A stretch of DNA of 64,000 bases from Octopus vulgaris (taxonomy: Eukaryota), in assembly GCA_951406725.2 (NCBI GenBank), contig OX597837.1, positions 17,112,001 through 17,176,000 on the forward strand, in the 5' to 3' direction. Position numbers and translations under genes: made by a program. Below, piece after piece: positions 38,672 to 50,343 of this stretch. The first letter of the stretch is position 1; each line of letters begins with the position of its first letter. The notes under the pieces were generated by a model. The model was not told the DNA's origin. It saw only the letters and a program-made list of their open reading frames with translations, and did no database searches.

Positions 38672-39253
38672 GTATGTTGACAACACATGATGGTTCACTT
38701 ACTGTTGCTATGAAGGGAACCGCTTTCACTGCCACCTTCACCATCTTTACTTACCTCCATCACCTCTATCATCATCACCTCCTCCTCCACAACATTCACT
38801 ACTACTATTACTTTGACAACCTCTATCATCTTTATCTCCTTTGCTACTCAAGCTTCCATGTAGTCACTCAACCCAATAGAGACTGCAACCAAATCTCCCT
38901 TTAATCACACCATTCCATTTTAAAAAGGGACATATTGGATATTATAATCTAGAGTACACAATAGTTGAAAACTAGATGGGATGACCATGGCTGGAATGCT
39001 TTTGATGAGAAGCCTGAATGGTTGGGGCTGACCTGGATCTAAACACCAACACCTGTCACCAATTCACCCACCTTCACTATCCTGACCATCACCACTTCTA
39101 CCATCTTCACATATATAACAGATATCAGTTTAAGATATCTACATAATTACTATACTCAAATTACAAATTAAACTCCCTACTTATTGTTGTAATGAGGTCA
39201 TATGCGTTTTGTGTGTAATGTCTTCGTTTTTTTTCTTTGTCTTCATTTGTCAG

Positions 39254-39380
39254 AGTTTATTAACAGATGGGGTAGATATGGATGTGTTTCCAATAAATGC
39301 TGAAATCCCCGCTGAATCGAAACATCATCTGATCAAACTTTCTGGCATTCCAAAGACAAGTTCTGACCTCAACATATATG
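39254..39380 (+). CDS. TRAPPC9: TRAPPC9 internal coding exon (window exon 9)
   Basis: tgtcag|...|gtatgt; 127 nt, SLLTDGVDMDVFPINAEIPAESKHHLIKLSGIPKTSSDLNIY(G) (cf. [22 protein letters not shown]); phase 0/1. Confidence 0.93.
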
Positions 39381-39404
39381 GTATGTCAAGGTTATTCTTT
39401 GAAA

Positions 39405-39620
39405 CTCCATTTTGTTGTTACTGTTGTTGTTCTTACTGCTGCTGTTATTTTTCTTGTTGTAACTGCTATTGCAGCTGATAAAGATGATGATGTCACAGTT
39501 GATATTAATGATGCTGACAGTGACAATGATAAAAATGGCAACGATATCAATAATGATGGCAAAGATAAATGCAATAATGGCAGTGATAATAATGATGATA
39601 GTTGTAATAGTGGTGATAAA
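39405..39620. repeat. Degenerate trinucleotide low-complexity tract (TGT/GAT/AAT) in a short intron
   Basis: Direct reading; keeps several frames open. Confidence 0.8.
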
Positions 39621-39729
39621 AGTCAACAATTCATTCTTCTTCATCCCCATTACAGAGTCTTTTTCATTCCATGCACCCTACCTCCACATTTTACACCACC
39701 TGCATTCACTATATTATTTCTATTTACAG

Positions 39730-39943
39730 GTTATGTCAGCCATGTTTATGGAGTACGCAGCCATTGTAAACTGAAAGATATTCCATATTTGCACAATGTA
39801 CAACATGTCATAGAAGTAGTGCCTGCTTTACCCCACATCCAAGTCAGTACAAACCTGCCCAAGGCACCAAATAGTCCTCCAAAGTCTTTGGACGGCAAAG
39901 ATATTGTTGCTAGTGCTGTGGCAGTTCTCTATGCTGGACAAAG
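39730..39943 (+). CDS. TRAPPC9: TRAPPC9 internal coding exon (window exon 10)
   Basis: ttacag|...|gtcagt; 214 nt, YVSHVYGVRSHCKLKDIPYLHNVQHVIEVVPALPHIQVSTNLPK...AVLYAGQ (cf. VEVIPALPRLQISTSLPR...VQLYNGE); phase 1/2. Confidence 0.93.
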
Positions 39944-40844
39944 GTCAGTTTGATTCTCAATATTAACTAATTCACTACTCATGAGTAGATTGTGAATGTA
40001 TTTCAATTAATTTTCAATGCCATCAAGATTTTGGAAGTGCTTAGTAAAATATGTAAACTTTATTTAATACAGCTGTGGGTTGGCAGAATTGTTTGAGCAT
40101 CAGACATGGTATTTGTGGTGTCCATTCCAGCTTCGTGCATTCTGAGTTTAAATCCTTTTGTATTAATATAAAAAACAGCAAAGCAATGACACTTTTGACA
40201 AGTAATATCAGTAATTTGAAAAACCAATGAGAATACATTTCCTTAATTTGAAGATCAACTACTGCTGTTTATATATTAGAAATCTAAGCTTAACTGTAGG
40301 TAAAATAAGAATATAAACATACTCATTTGGTATGTAGAAAAACTCACCCAACTCATCTTTTTATCCCACACATCAAAAACATTGAAGGAATGTGTTTACA
40401 TTCTTATTCATTCAATGCAAGGTTTGTTATATAGTTAAGTTTATTTCAGTTCTTCTTATCCACCCTATTTTTATCATTTACTTTTACTTGCCTCAGTCAA
40501 GGCAGTGTCTCAGCACTGCTTTGAAGTGTTGAGTTGGGCAAATCAGTTCCAGTACATATTATGAAAGTTAGGTACTTATTCTGTTGGTTTCATATGCTGA
40601 ACTGCTAAGTTTCAGGGATCCAAACAAACCAACATTAGTTGTCAAAAGGTGGTGGTGGTGGGGAACAAGCACTACACAAAGACACACACACATACACGCA
40701 TACACATTTACATGACGGATTTCCACAAAGTTTCTGCCTACAAAATCCACTCATAATGGGATTGAATCAAGATCATGGAGTTGCAAAGTGAGCTTCGTAA
40801 CCGCACAGCCATGCCTTTACTCTAGGCATGCACATATATATGTC

Positions 40845-41983
40845 ATATTATCCTGTAAGTAATATCATTTTTTTTGTAGTAGGATTTGATGAAATAAAAA
40901 AGCAAGTAAGGTACTAATTTAATCAACTATATATTCCCCATCAGAATCAATAATATTCTTCCGATGCTGTAAAAGAGATTTTATGCTATTCTTATTGAAA
41001 TCAGCTGGTTTAGAAGAGAAAAACCCTAATGCCTCTAAGAAGTTGTATTTTTTCCATCAATAAAATTTTGCAAGCTTCAGAATAAATGATAATCTGAAGG
41101 ATCAAGGTCAGGAGAATCCAGAGGATGTGGAAGCCTTTCCCAACCTAGCTCCTCAATCTTGGCACATGTGATTCTTGCACTATGAGGTCTGGCATTGTCA
41201 TGATGGAAAATGACACTCTTTTGATTGACTAGAGAGCACATTCTTTCAGTAAGTTTTTCCTTCAATTTATCAATTTATACACTGTACACTTGATCTGTAA
41301 TTGTTTGGTTTGTGGCAAGGTTTCAAAGTGTATTACACTAAACATGTCTCACCTAGCACTTAACAAAACCTTCCAAGGATGATCTTGTTTTGGATGGGGT
41401 CTTACTTGTTCTTCTACCCAACTTTTCATCACCAGTCACTAGGCAATTCAAAAATGAAGATCTTTTTCTCACACGAATAAAGAGCAGTGCAGATATTGAC
41501 ATGTTCTCTTTGATGTGGAACACACTTGCCAAGCTTAGACATGATTCCAAGTTCTTGCAAATAGTGATGGACAGTTGATGATGATGAATTAACCTCTTCT
41601 GCTAACTCTTCAACAGTTACATATGGGTTTATTCCAGTAGCAGCTTTCAACACATCATTATCAAAAGAGACAGGGCGCCCAGAGTGGCAGGCATCTTCCA
41701 AGCTAAATTCCCCTTGTTGAAATTTATAGAATAAATTTTATGACGCTTGTGAATATTCAAAACACCTTCACCATTCACTTCTTGTACATTTTTTATAGCA
41801 TATGTTGCACTGTTTCCTTTTTTATACTTGCAAAGCATGACATGTTTAATGTGCTCTTTTGTGACCTCCATTTTCATGTGTGTCTGCAAGCCAAAATCTA
41901 TCTAACAGAAGCTTTCCTTGCTCTGTGGTATTTATGCACCTGTGGAATGGGCTGGAAAACAACATTACTTATGGGATAACCTG

Positions 41984-41986
<3 letters not shown>
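40845..41986 (-). mobile_element. Mariner transposon, decayed
   Basis: TIR-like TTATCCTGTAAGTAAT / ATTACTTATGGGATAA; VTGDEK, HDNARPH, HPLDSPDLDPSDYHLF (DD34D motifs). Confidence 0.88.
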
Positions 41987-42028
<42 letters not shown>

Positions 42029-42049
42029 TATACACACTAGACTACCTGT

Positions 42050-43917
42050 GACCTGTTAAAAACTTTTCCGGGAGTCAATAATAGCAGAATCCCTCTATAA
42101 TTTCCGCAAATGCTTAAATCACCTTTTTTTGGCAATTTTACAACGAGTCTCTCTTTCCAATCATTAGGCACATTTTCTTTCTGCCATATCTTAGAAAATA
42201 ATGGATAAAACATTTCTACCGTTATTTCTATAGCTGATTTCATTGCTTCAGCTGGAATGTTGTCTACATCTCCCGCTTTCCCATTCTTGAAGGATTGTAT
42301 AGCCTTTCTTATTTCAAACTTGGACGGTGGGTCAAGGCTGATGTTAAGATCCAAATTTCTTGGCACAATGTTGGCTATTGTGTCTGGAGGTAGTCTATTG
42401 AGCAAATCTTCAAAATTCTCCTTCCATCGATTTTTTTTTTGTTCTAGAATTGATCTTAGCATCCAGCCATCCTTCCCTTTTACTGCCTTTTCTACTCTTA
42501 CTCTCTTCTCGAATAGTAATTTAGTTGTGTTGTACAGCTCTTTCATGTTCTGGCGCTGAGCTGCACTTTTTGCTGTCGTTGCTAAATTTTTGAAATATTT
42601 TCGCTTGTCTCTTCTTAATTGTTTTTTAACTTTCTTATTTTGTTGGTTGTAATTTCCCTGACATCTATTTATCTCTACTTCTAAGCTTGCCGATAGTAAT
42701 TTTTCCTTTAGCTTCTTTCTTACTTCTATGGCTGTTAGTGTCACTTCTGATATCCATGTCTTATTCTTTTTGTTTACACACCCTACGCATTCTTCTAATA
42801 ATGAAATAAAGGCATCCTTAATTTTCGACCAAGTATGTTCTATTGTGTTGCCTTGCATCCTTTTTACTTGCATTGATTTGCATAATAATGCTTTTTTATA
42901 TTTTATTTGGGTATCTTCGTTTTTTAGTAAATCAACACTGTATTTTTGTTGAACCTTACATTCCTCTTTTAAAGCTCTTAACTTCAGTTGTAGTTTGCCA
43001 AATAGTAGGTGGTGGTCGGAGGCTGCGTCAGCCCCTCTTTTTACCCTAACATCTAACAGTGATCTCTTGAACTTGCAGCTTACACAGATGCGATTGAACT
43101 GATTTGCATTTTCAGATCTGGCGATATCCATGTAGCTTTGTGAAGGTCTTTGTGCGGAAATAAAGTTCCTCTAATGACCATCTGGTTATTTGCGCAAAAA
43201 TCGGCAAATAACTGGCCATTTGCAGTCATGCTTCCTAAACTATGTTTTCCCATAAAGGCTTCAAATCCTAGATTAATGTTTCCGACTTTTGCGTTGAAAT
43301 CACCCATAACCATTATCAATTCTTTTCCAGTCCATTTTTCAATTACGCTCTGTAGAGTATCATAAAATTCGACTTTTGCTAATTCATCAACTTCATTTGT
43401 TGGGGCGTAGCACATAACGATTATTAGGAAAATTCGCTTATCAAGACAAATCAAAATAGATGAACATCAATGGAATTTGTATCTTTGTGGTACCAGTGCC
43501 GGTGGCACACAAGAAAACTATCCGAACGTGGCTGTAGCCAGTACCGCATTGACTGGCCTCCGTGCTGTGGGCACGTAACAAACACCATCCGATCGTGGCC
43601 GTTCGCCAGCCTCATCTGGCACCTGTGTCGGTGGCACATAAAAACACCATCCGAGCGTGGCCGTCTGCCAGCCTCGTCTGGCACCTGTGTCGGTGGCACA
43701 TAAAAAACACCATCCGAGCGTGGCGTTCGCCAGCCTCGTCTGGCACCTGTGTCGGTGGCACATAAAATCACCCACTACACTCTCGGAGTGGTTGGCATTA
43801 GGAAGGTCATCCAGCTGTAGAAACACTGCCAGATCTGACTGGCCTGGTGCAGCCTTCGGGCTCCCCAGACACCAGTTGAACCGTCCAACCCATGCTAGCA
43901 TGGAAAGCGGACGTTAA

Positions 43918-43948
<31 letters not shown>

Positions 43949-44610
43949 GACATTCTAAACTTTGTTAGTATCAATCTTTCGTTTATGGGTAGCCATTCTA
44001 TTAATGCTTTAACCGCTATCTTAGTCAGTATCAGAGTTAATTCCCTTGTGTGACGCGTCTTGTCATCTTTGTGCCCTGAGTATATAATTGTTTTTCCTGA
44101 AGCTAGCTTAGTTTGTCCATTATCAATCCACCTAGTTTCACACAAACCCAAAATGTCCAATTTGTAAGCATTTGCGGAAATTATAGAGGGATTATGCTAT
44201 TATTGACTCCCAGAAAAGTTTTTAACAGGATACTTTTAGAGTCGATGAGGACAGCAGTTGACAAATTGTTGCGTAAAGAACAAGCTGAATTTAGGAAGAA
44301 CCGTTCATGTGTAGATCAAATCATCACTCTTTGCACCATTGTAGAGCAAAGTGCAGAGTGGAAGTCACCACTTTATATTAACTTTATTGATTTCGAAAAA
44401 GCATTTGATAGGCTTATGGAAAATTATGCAGCACTACGGCATACCAGACAAGTATATATCTATAATAAGAGCAACTTACCAAGGAATGTCTTGCTGAGTC
44501 TTGCATGGAAACGGAGCTACGGATAAAGTTGAAGTTAAAACAGGAGTTCAACAGGGCTGTATACTTTCTCCCTTTTTATTTCTAGTTATAGATTGGATTA
44601 TGAAGGCAGT
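42050..44610. mobile_element. RTE LINE (family 2) with inverted 5' part (42050-44160 minus; ~44164-44610 plus)
   Basis: Minus: DILGLCETRW, CYAPT, MGDFNAKVG, SDHHLL, KKGDLSICGNYRGI; plus: NYRGI...EQAEFR...FIDFEKAFD...TGVQQGCILSPFLF. Confidence 0.88.
43449..43947 (+). mobile_element. RTE family-1 3' fragment nested in the family-2 RTE
   Basis: Tandem 3'UTR units + (GAT)n tail; candidate TSD AGACA at 43444-43448 and 43948-43952; splits the APE coding region of the host LINE. Confidence 0.85.
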
Positions 44611-44611
44611 A

Positions 44612-45420
44612 CTTTTAGACCAGTCACAGTGTATGCACCAACTGGAGCAGGGCAGCTGGAGTTCTTCAGACATCTGGAAGCCTTTCTAGGGATGTCTCGC
44701 TCTTTAGTGTTAATGGGTGATTGGAATGCCATTTTGGCTGCATGTGTGGATTGGGTGGGGCTAGCAGATAGGAAGTGGGGAATGCACAAGCCTCACAAAC
44801 CTGCTCAGTCATTTCCAACTGGCAGACAGGTTCAGACTGGATTTCCTGAACACTCCAGTGTGGACATGGGTAAACAGTATCGGATCATCTAGATCTTATC
44901 TAGATAGGGTATTTTGTAGGCCAGCAGATAGGAATAGCATATTTGAATTTGTCAACTACACAGACTATAAATTTGTGATCTGTATGGTTGACCTTGATAG
45001 GCTCCATAGGCAGGGACCTAGATACTGGAAGCTGAATGCTCCTTCCGGGTTCGTCAAGCTTTCAGAGACTGGCTTGGCAAGTTAGTCCGTTGAAAGTTGA
45101 TGGGTACAGTCATCAACAACCGATGGTGGGAGCCCTAGAATAGGTGATTAGAGTAGAAGTTGTAAAATTTAGCAGAGAATTAGTAATAGAGAAGACTAGA
45201 GTAGAGTGAAACCTTGTTAGGAAATTAAAAGAAGCACTCAGTAGAAGCATAGCGGCCAATGTGCTGGCAGTGAGATTGGTTCTCTAACCAATTCTTCAAC
45301 ACCAAGCGTGAAAATTGCATTGTCAGAGTTACAGCACATGCTCTGAAGCAAGAAGGAACAAAAGCTGTTTGATGGGCTCAGGTGGCTGAGGTGCAATGTG
45401 GTAATAAAAATTGCAATTTG
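44612..45420 (+). mobile_element. Tx1/L1-like LINE endonuclease fragment
   Basis: VYAPT...FF, MGDWNAIL, WTW...SYLDRVF, GPRYWKLN (WKLN motif typical of L1/Tx1 ORF2). Confidence 0.65.
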
Positions 45421-45834
45421 GTCTTTGAGGGGTTGGGACGGCCGCATGGTACACAAGTCGAAGCAGATGTGTCAGAATTTCAGTGGCACTTTGCTGAACT
45501 GTATGGAGGCGGATTTGGTGGTTAGAAGTGTTGGAGTGAGAGAGGCAAGTGAGTTTATAAATGATAGGAAAACTTGGAGAGTGTTTGTGGACGGATGAGT
45601 GAATTTTGATGTTGCTCAAAGGGGTATGGAACCAGCATGATGCAGTGGGGGTGAAACAGCATATGCTGTCAGGCCCCGCTGCTGATATAGGGGGTTGTGT
45701 TCTATGCCTTGACCTAAGCAATGAACAGAACTCGCCCCTTTGAGCTGGGAAATGTATGGAATGCATGATGTGTGTCTTGCTGTAGCTACCAGTTCCTAAA
45801 AAAAATGGGGAATAGGCCTGGGTATATATTTATG

Positions 45835-45891
<57 letters not shown>

Positions 45892-46051
45892 ATTAGAAAA
45901 AACCCCACCTTTTATCAATTCAAAATGAACAATTAAATTACACCATCTAGAAAATTACATATAATAGAAATATTAAAATTAAAATAACGATAATATACTG
46001 ATGATTAAGTAAATTGCAAAAAAATAATAAAAACGTATATAATTGGTAGAA

Positions 46052-46156
46052 TAACGACACGTGTTTCGGGGCTATATTCAAGAAATGATTATAGTAAAAA
46101 AAATTAATAGTAGTAGTAAAACCACTTGGATATAAATATAGCCACTCATCAGGTTA
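46052..46156 (-). ncRNA. Type I hammerhead ribozyme motif (left arm)
   Basis: Reverse complement: TAAC-CTGATGA-GTGGCTATATTTA...TGAATATAGCCCC-GAAA-CACGTGTC-GTTA; one mismatch in stem II; palindromic ACACGTGT stem III. Confidence 0.7.
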
Positions 46157-46758
46157 AAAATAAACTAGAATAATAAAATAATTAATTAATAAATATACTT
46201 TAAAATATATATATATATTAATATATAAGATACTAAATATTAAGTGAAAACTAAAAACAATACTTAAATTATTCAATACTTTAAAATTAATTAATATACA
46301 CAATGCTAGCACAAGTCATTATTTTTTTATTTTTTATAAAGGGATCTAACGTATTACATTTAATTTAATTTGCAAATTAATTTTGTTAGACAATATATTA
46401 TTTTATTATTAGGTGGTATATTTATTAAGTAGTCTTAAATTTAAGATAATTAGGTATTAATTGATATTTAGTCAACTATATTATAGAGTGATATATTAAA
46501 TCTATAGATTAAATCTATATATTAATTATATAGTTAGTTTATTTAATGAGTTTGTCTATATTTGAACCATTTCTTATTCTGATTACAATATGAATGACTT
46601 GTACTAGTATTGTGTATATTATTTAATTTTAAAGTATTGAATAATTTAAGTATTGTTTTTAGTTTTCACTTAATATTTAGTATCTTATATATTAATATAT
46701 ATATATATATTTTAAAGTATATTTATTAATTAATCATTTTATTATTCTAGTTTATTTT

Positions 46759-46863
46759 TAACCTGATGAGTGGCTATATTTATATGGAAGTGATTTTACT
46801 ACTACTATTAATTTTTTTTACTATAATCATTTCTTAAATATAGCCACGAAACATGTGTCGTTA
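46759..46863 (+). ncRNA. Type I hammerhead ribozyme motif (right arm, sense to TRAPPC9 pre-mRNA)
   Basis: TAAC-CTGATGA(46763-69)-GTGGCTATATTTA/TAAATATAGCCAC (perfect 13-bp stem II)-GAAA(46848-51)-CATGT-GTC(46857-59)-GTTA. Confidence 0.78.
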
Positions 46864-47148
46864 TTCTACCAATTATATACGTTTTTATTATTTTTTTGCA
46901 ATTTACTTAATCATTGGTATATTATCATTATTTTAATTTTGATATTTCTATTATATGTAATTTTCTAGATGGTGTAATTTAATTGTTCGTTTTGAATTGA
47001 TAAAAGGTGTTTTTTTTCTAATGTTTATATATATATATATATATATATTGTGTGAAATTTGATTTAGTATTTCTAAATTGAATTTTTCCCTGTAAGTTAG
47101 GATTAATATTCCCTCAAATAATAATTATTATTATTATATATATATATT

Positions 47149-50100
47149 CAAGAAGTGAGTGGAGAGGAGGCTCTGCTAGGTTCCTCACAGGCAAAGAACT
47201 CAGGTACAAGATTTTCTGGGCTGGGAAGACTGACGGGGTCGGGGGCATGGGTATACTTCTCACTGAAAAATGGGTAGATAAAGTAATTGAGGTAGCCAGA
47301 GTATGCGACAGAATACTTAAGATTAGATTAGTGCTTCATCATGGATTAGCAACCATTATATTGGCCTATGCCCCTCAGCCAGGGCTACCCGATGGACTGA
47401 AAGACCGATTCTATGACACCCTACTGCAGACTACCTCATCGACGAATGACAGGGACCTTCTCTTTGTGGCTGGTGACTTCAATGGGCATGTTGGACAACA
47501 TGCTGGGGGCTTCCATGGCGTACATGAAGGCTACAGCTATGGTTCCCGCAACGAGGAGGGAACCAGGCTGCTGGAATTCTGCGATGCAAATGATCTTATG
47601 GTCTGCAACACTAACTTCAGGAAACCTATCAGCCACCTAGTCACCTACCGATCAGGCTGACATACTAGCCAAATCGACTACATCCTTGCCAGAAAAAGGG
47701 AAAGATGGCTGCTTATAAATGCCAATACCTTCCCAGGCGAAGAATGTACCTCACAACATAGACTGGTAGTTAGTGACTTTAGGATCAGGACTAAGAAGAC
47801 GACCAGAAGACGGCCAACATGGAGAAGAAGGGTCTAGAAGCTTAATAATCCTGAGAATGGACAGAGATTTAGAGACATATTACTTGAAGCCTTTGACGAA
47901 ATAGAAGGGGATATAGCTTCACATGAGGTAGAAGACAACTGGAGGTTTCTAAGGGACAACCTGCTGAGAGCCACTGGCCAGATCTGTGGTTGGTGCAAAG
48001 TCCCTCTAGACCCAAGATAATGTGGTGGTGGAACAATGTTGTTGACAGGGCTATTAGACAAAAGAAACAGGCATGGAAGGACTGGAAGAACGGTGGTAGC
48101 AGGGAAGTGTATCAGACTGCCAGAAGGGAAGCTAGGAGGCAGGTGTATTTAGCCAGAGGGGAAGCAGATAAGAAAAAATTTGCCAATGTTCTGCGCCATG
48201 AGGACCAAAGACTTGAGGTATATTGTGTTGCAAGACAGTGTGTGAGAGAGAATTGTGATGTTTTAGGAGAGAAATGTGTTCGCATGGGTGATGGTTCACT
48301 TGCGCTAAATGAGGATGCAAAGAGAGAGGTTTGGAGACGCTACTATGAAAGGTTGCCGAATAAAGAAAATGAATGGGATAAAAAGAGCCTGCCGAATGTC
48401 AACCCAACTGAGGGACCAGCTATCTGAGTTGACAGTTCCTTGGTAGTTAAGGCAATTAGAAGCATGGAGACAGGGAGAGCTCCAGGCCCATCAGGAATCA
48501 CTGCAGAGATGCTCAAAATATCTGGTAGTGTCGGCTATAGCCTAGTCACCCATATAGTTAACCAGGTGATACACAAAGGAGTCATTCCCAATGACTGATG
48601 TAGCAGCATAATAGTTAACTGCTACAAAGGTAAAGGTGACACCCTAGATACAAATAACTACAGGGGTATCAAGCTGTTGGATCAGGTAATGAGGTTACGG
48701 AGAGGGTCATAGCCCAACTAATTAGAGAGAGAGATAGTTTAGATGAGATGCAGTTTGGGTTTGTGCCAGGGAAAAGTACCACTGATGCTATATTCCTGGT
48801 AAGACAGCTGCAGGAGAAATACCTAGCCAAAGATAAGCCCCTGTACCTGGCTTTTGTTGACATGGAGAAAGCCTTCGTCAGGGTCCCCCGATCCCTTATC
48901 TGGTGGTCAATGAGGAAACTAGGGATAGATGAGTGGTTAGTGAGAGCTGTACGAGCCATGTACAGGGACGCTGCTAGTAAGGTGAGGGTTGGCAACAAGC
49001 AGTGAAGAATTCCGTGTAGAGGTAGGGGTCCACCAAGGTTCAGTCCTGAGACCCATCCTATTTATCATAGTTCGCCAGAGGAATTCAAGACAGGACAGCA
49101 ATGTCAAAGGAAAGCTAACTAAGAAAATAGTTTTTGTATGTGGCAGATGCTCAGAAGCAATAAACACTGAAAATGTGCAGAGACCAGCCTCCGCCACATT
49201 CCAGGGAGAAAAACTAGAAATAGTTGATAGCTTCTGTAACCTAGGTGACCAAGTCAGTAGCGGGGGAGGGTGTACTGAAAGTGTAACTGCTAGAGTAAGA
49301 ATAGCCTGGGCAAAGTTCAGAGAGCTCTTACCTCTGCTGGTGACAAAAGGCCTCTCGCTCAGAGTAAAAGGCAGACTGTATGACGCATGTGTATGAACAG
49401 CCATGCTACATGGCAGTGAAACATGGGCCGTGACTGCCGAGGACATGCGTAAGCTCACAAGAAATGAAGCCAGTATGCTCCGATGGATGTGTAATGTCAG
49501 TGATCATACTCGACAGTGTAAGTACCTTGAGAGAATAGTTGGACCTAAGAAGCATCAGTTGTGGTGTGCAAGAGAGACGTTTGCGCTGGTATGGTCATGT
49601 GTTGCATACGGATGAAGATAGTTGTGTGAAAAAGTGCTACACCCTAGTGGTTGAGGGATCCTGTGGAAGAGGTAGACCCAGGAAAACCCAGGACAAGTGT
49701 TGAAGCATGACCTTCGAACTTTAGGTCTCACTGAGGAAATGACTAGACACCGAGACCTTTGGAAGTATGCTATGCGTGAGCAGACCCGGCAGGACTAGTG
49801 AGACCATAACCCGTGGCCTCTACCTGGGATGTAGCCAGTCCACTTATGCATACCTTTCCTTCTTGGGACACAAAACTCTAGTTGTGAAGACCTGTTGAGG
49901 CAAGTGAGAATCAAAATCAAAATCGATCAACATCAGTGGAAATTGTAGCTGTGATACCAGTGCCAGGGGCACATAAGAGAACCATCCGAACGTGGTCGTT
50001 GCCAGTGCCGCCCCGACTGGCCTCCGTGCCGGTGGCACGTAAAAAGAACCATCCAATCGTGGTCATTGCCAGTCTCTCACCTGGCCTCCATGCCGGTGGC

Positions 50101-50343
50101 ACGTAAAAAGCACCATCCGATAGTGGCTGTTTGCCAGCCCCGTCTGGCACCTGTGTCGGTGGCACGTAAAAAGCACCCACTATACTCACAGAGTGGTTGG
50201 CGTTAGGAAGGGCATCCAGCCGTAGATACACTGCCAGATCAGACTGGGCCTGGTGCAGCCTTCTGGCTTCCCAGACCCCAGTTGAACCATCCAACCCATG
50301 CTAGCATGGAAAGCAGACGCTAAACGATGATGATGATGATGAT
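47149..50343 (+). mobile_element. Long decayed RTE LINE (family 1), internal deletion removing the YADD region near 49095
   Basis: APE and RT motifs as at 32455; tandem 3'UTR; (GAT)n tail; TA tracts on both sides. Confidence 0.92.

Larger units (their letters stand above)
45888..47026. repeat. AT-rich fold-back element: ~430-bp inverted arms (45888-46320 / 46593-47026), 272-bp spacer, in a (TA)n tract; probable PLE pseudo-LTR derivative
   Basis: Arms are near-exact reverse complements when read base by base; each contains a hammerhead motif. Confidence 0.9.

Noticed and set aside
39378-39953. 191-aa ORF as an independent gene
   Set aside because: It is a low-complexity intron read in frame into TRAPPC9 exon 10, and its ATG overlaps the exon-9 donor; full intron retention hits a stop at 39476-39478
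43490-43775. CRISPR-like array of ~25-bp palindromic repeats with ~35-40-bp intervals (also 7155-7512, 49958-50178, 57957-58112)
   Set aside because: The intervals are similar to one another, the arrays lie inside RTE 3'UTRs of a eukaryotic intron, and there are no cas genes
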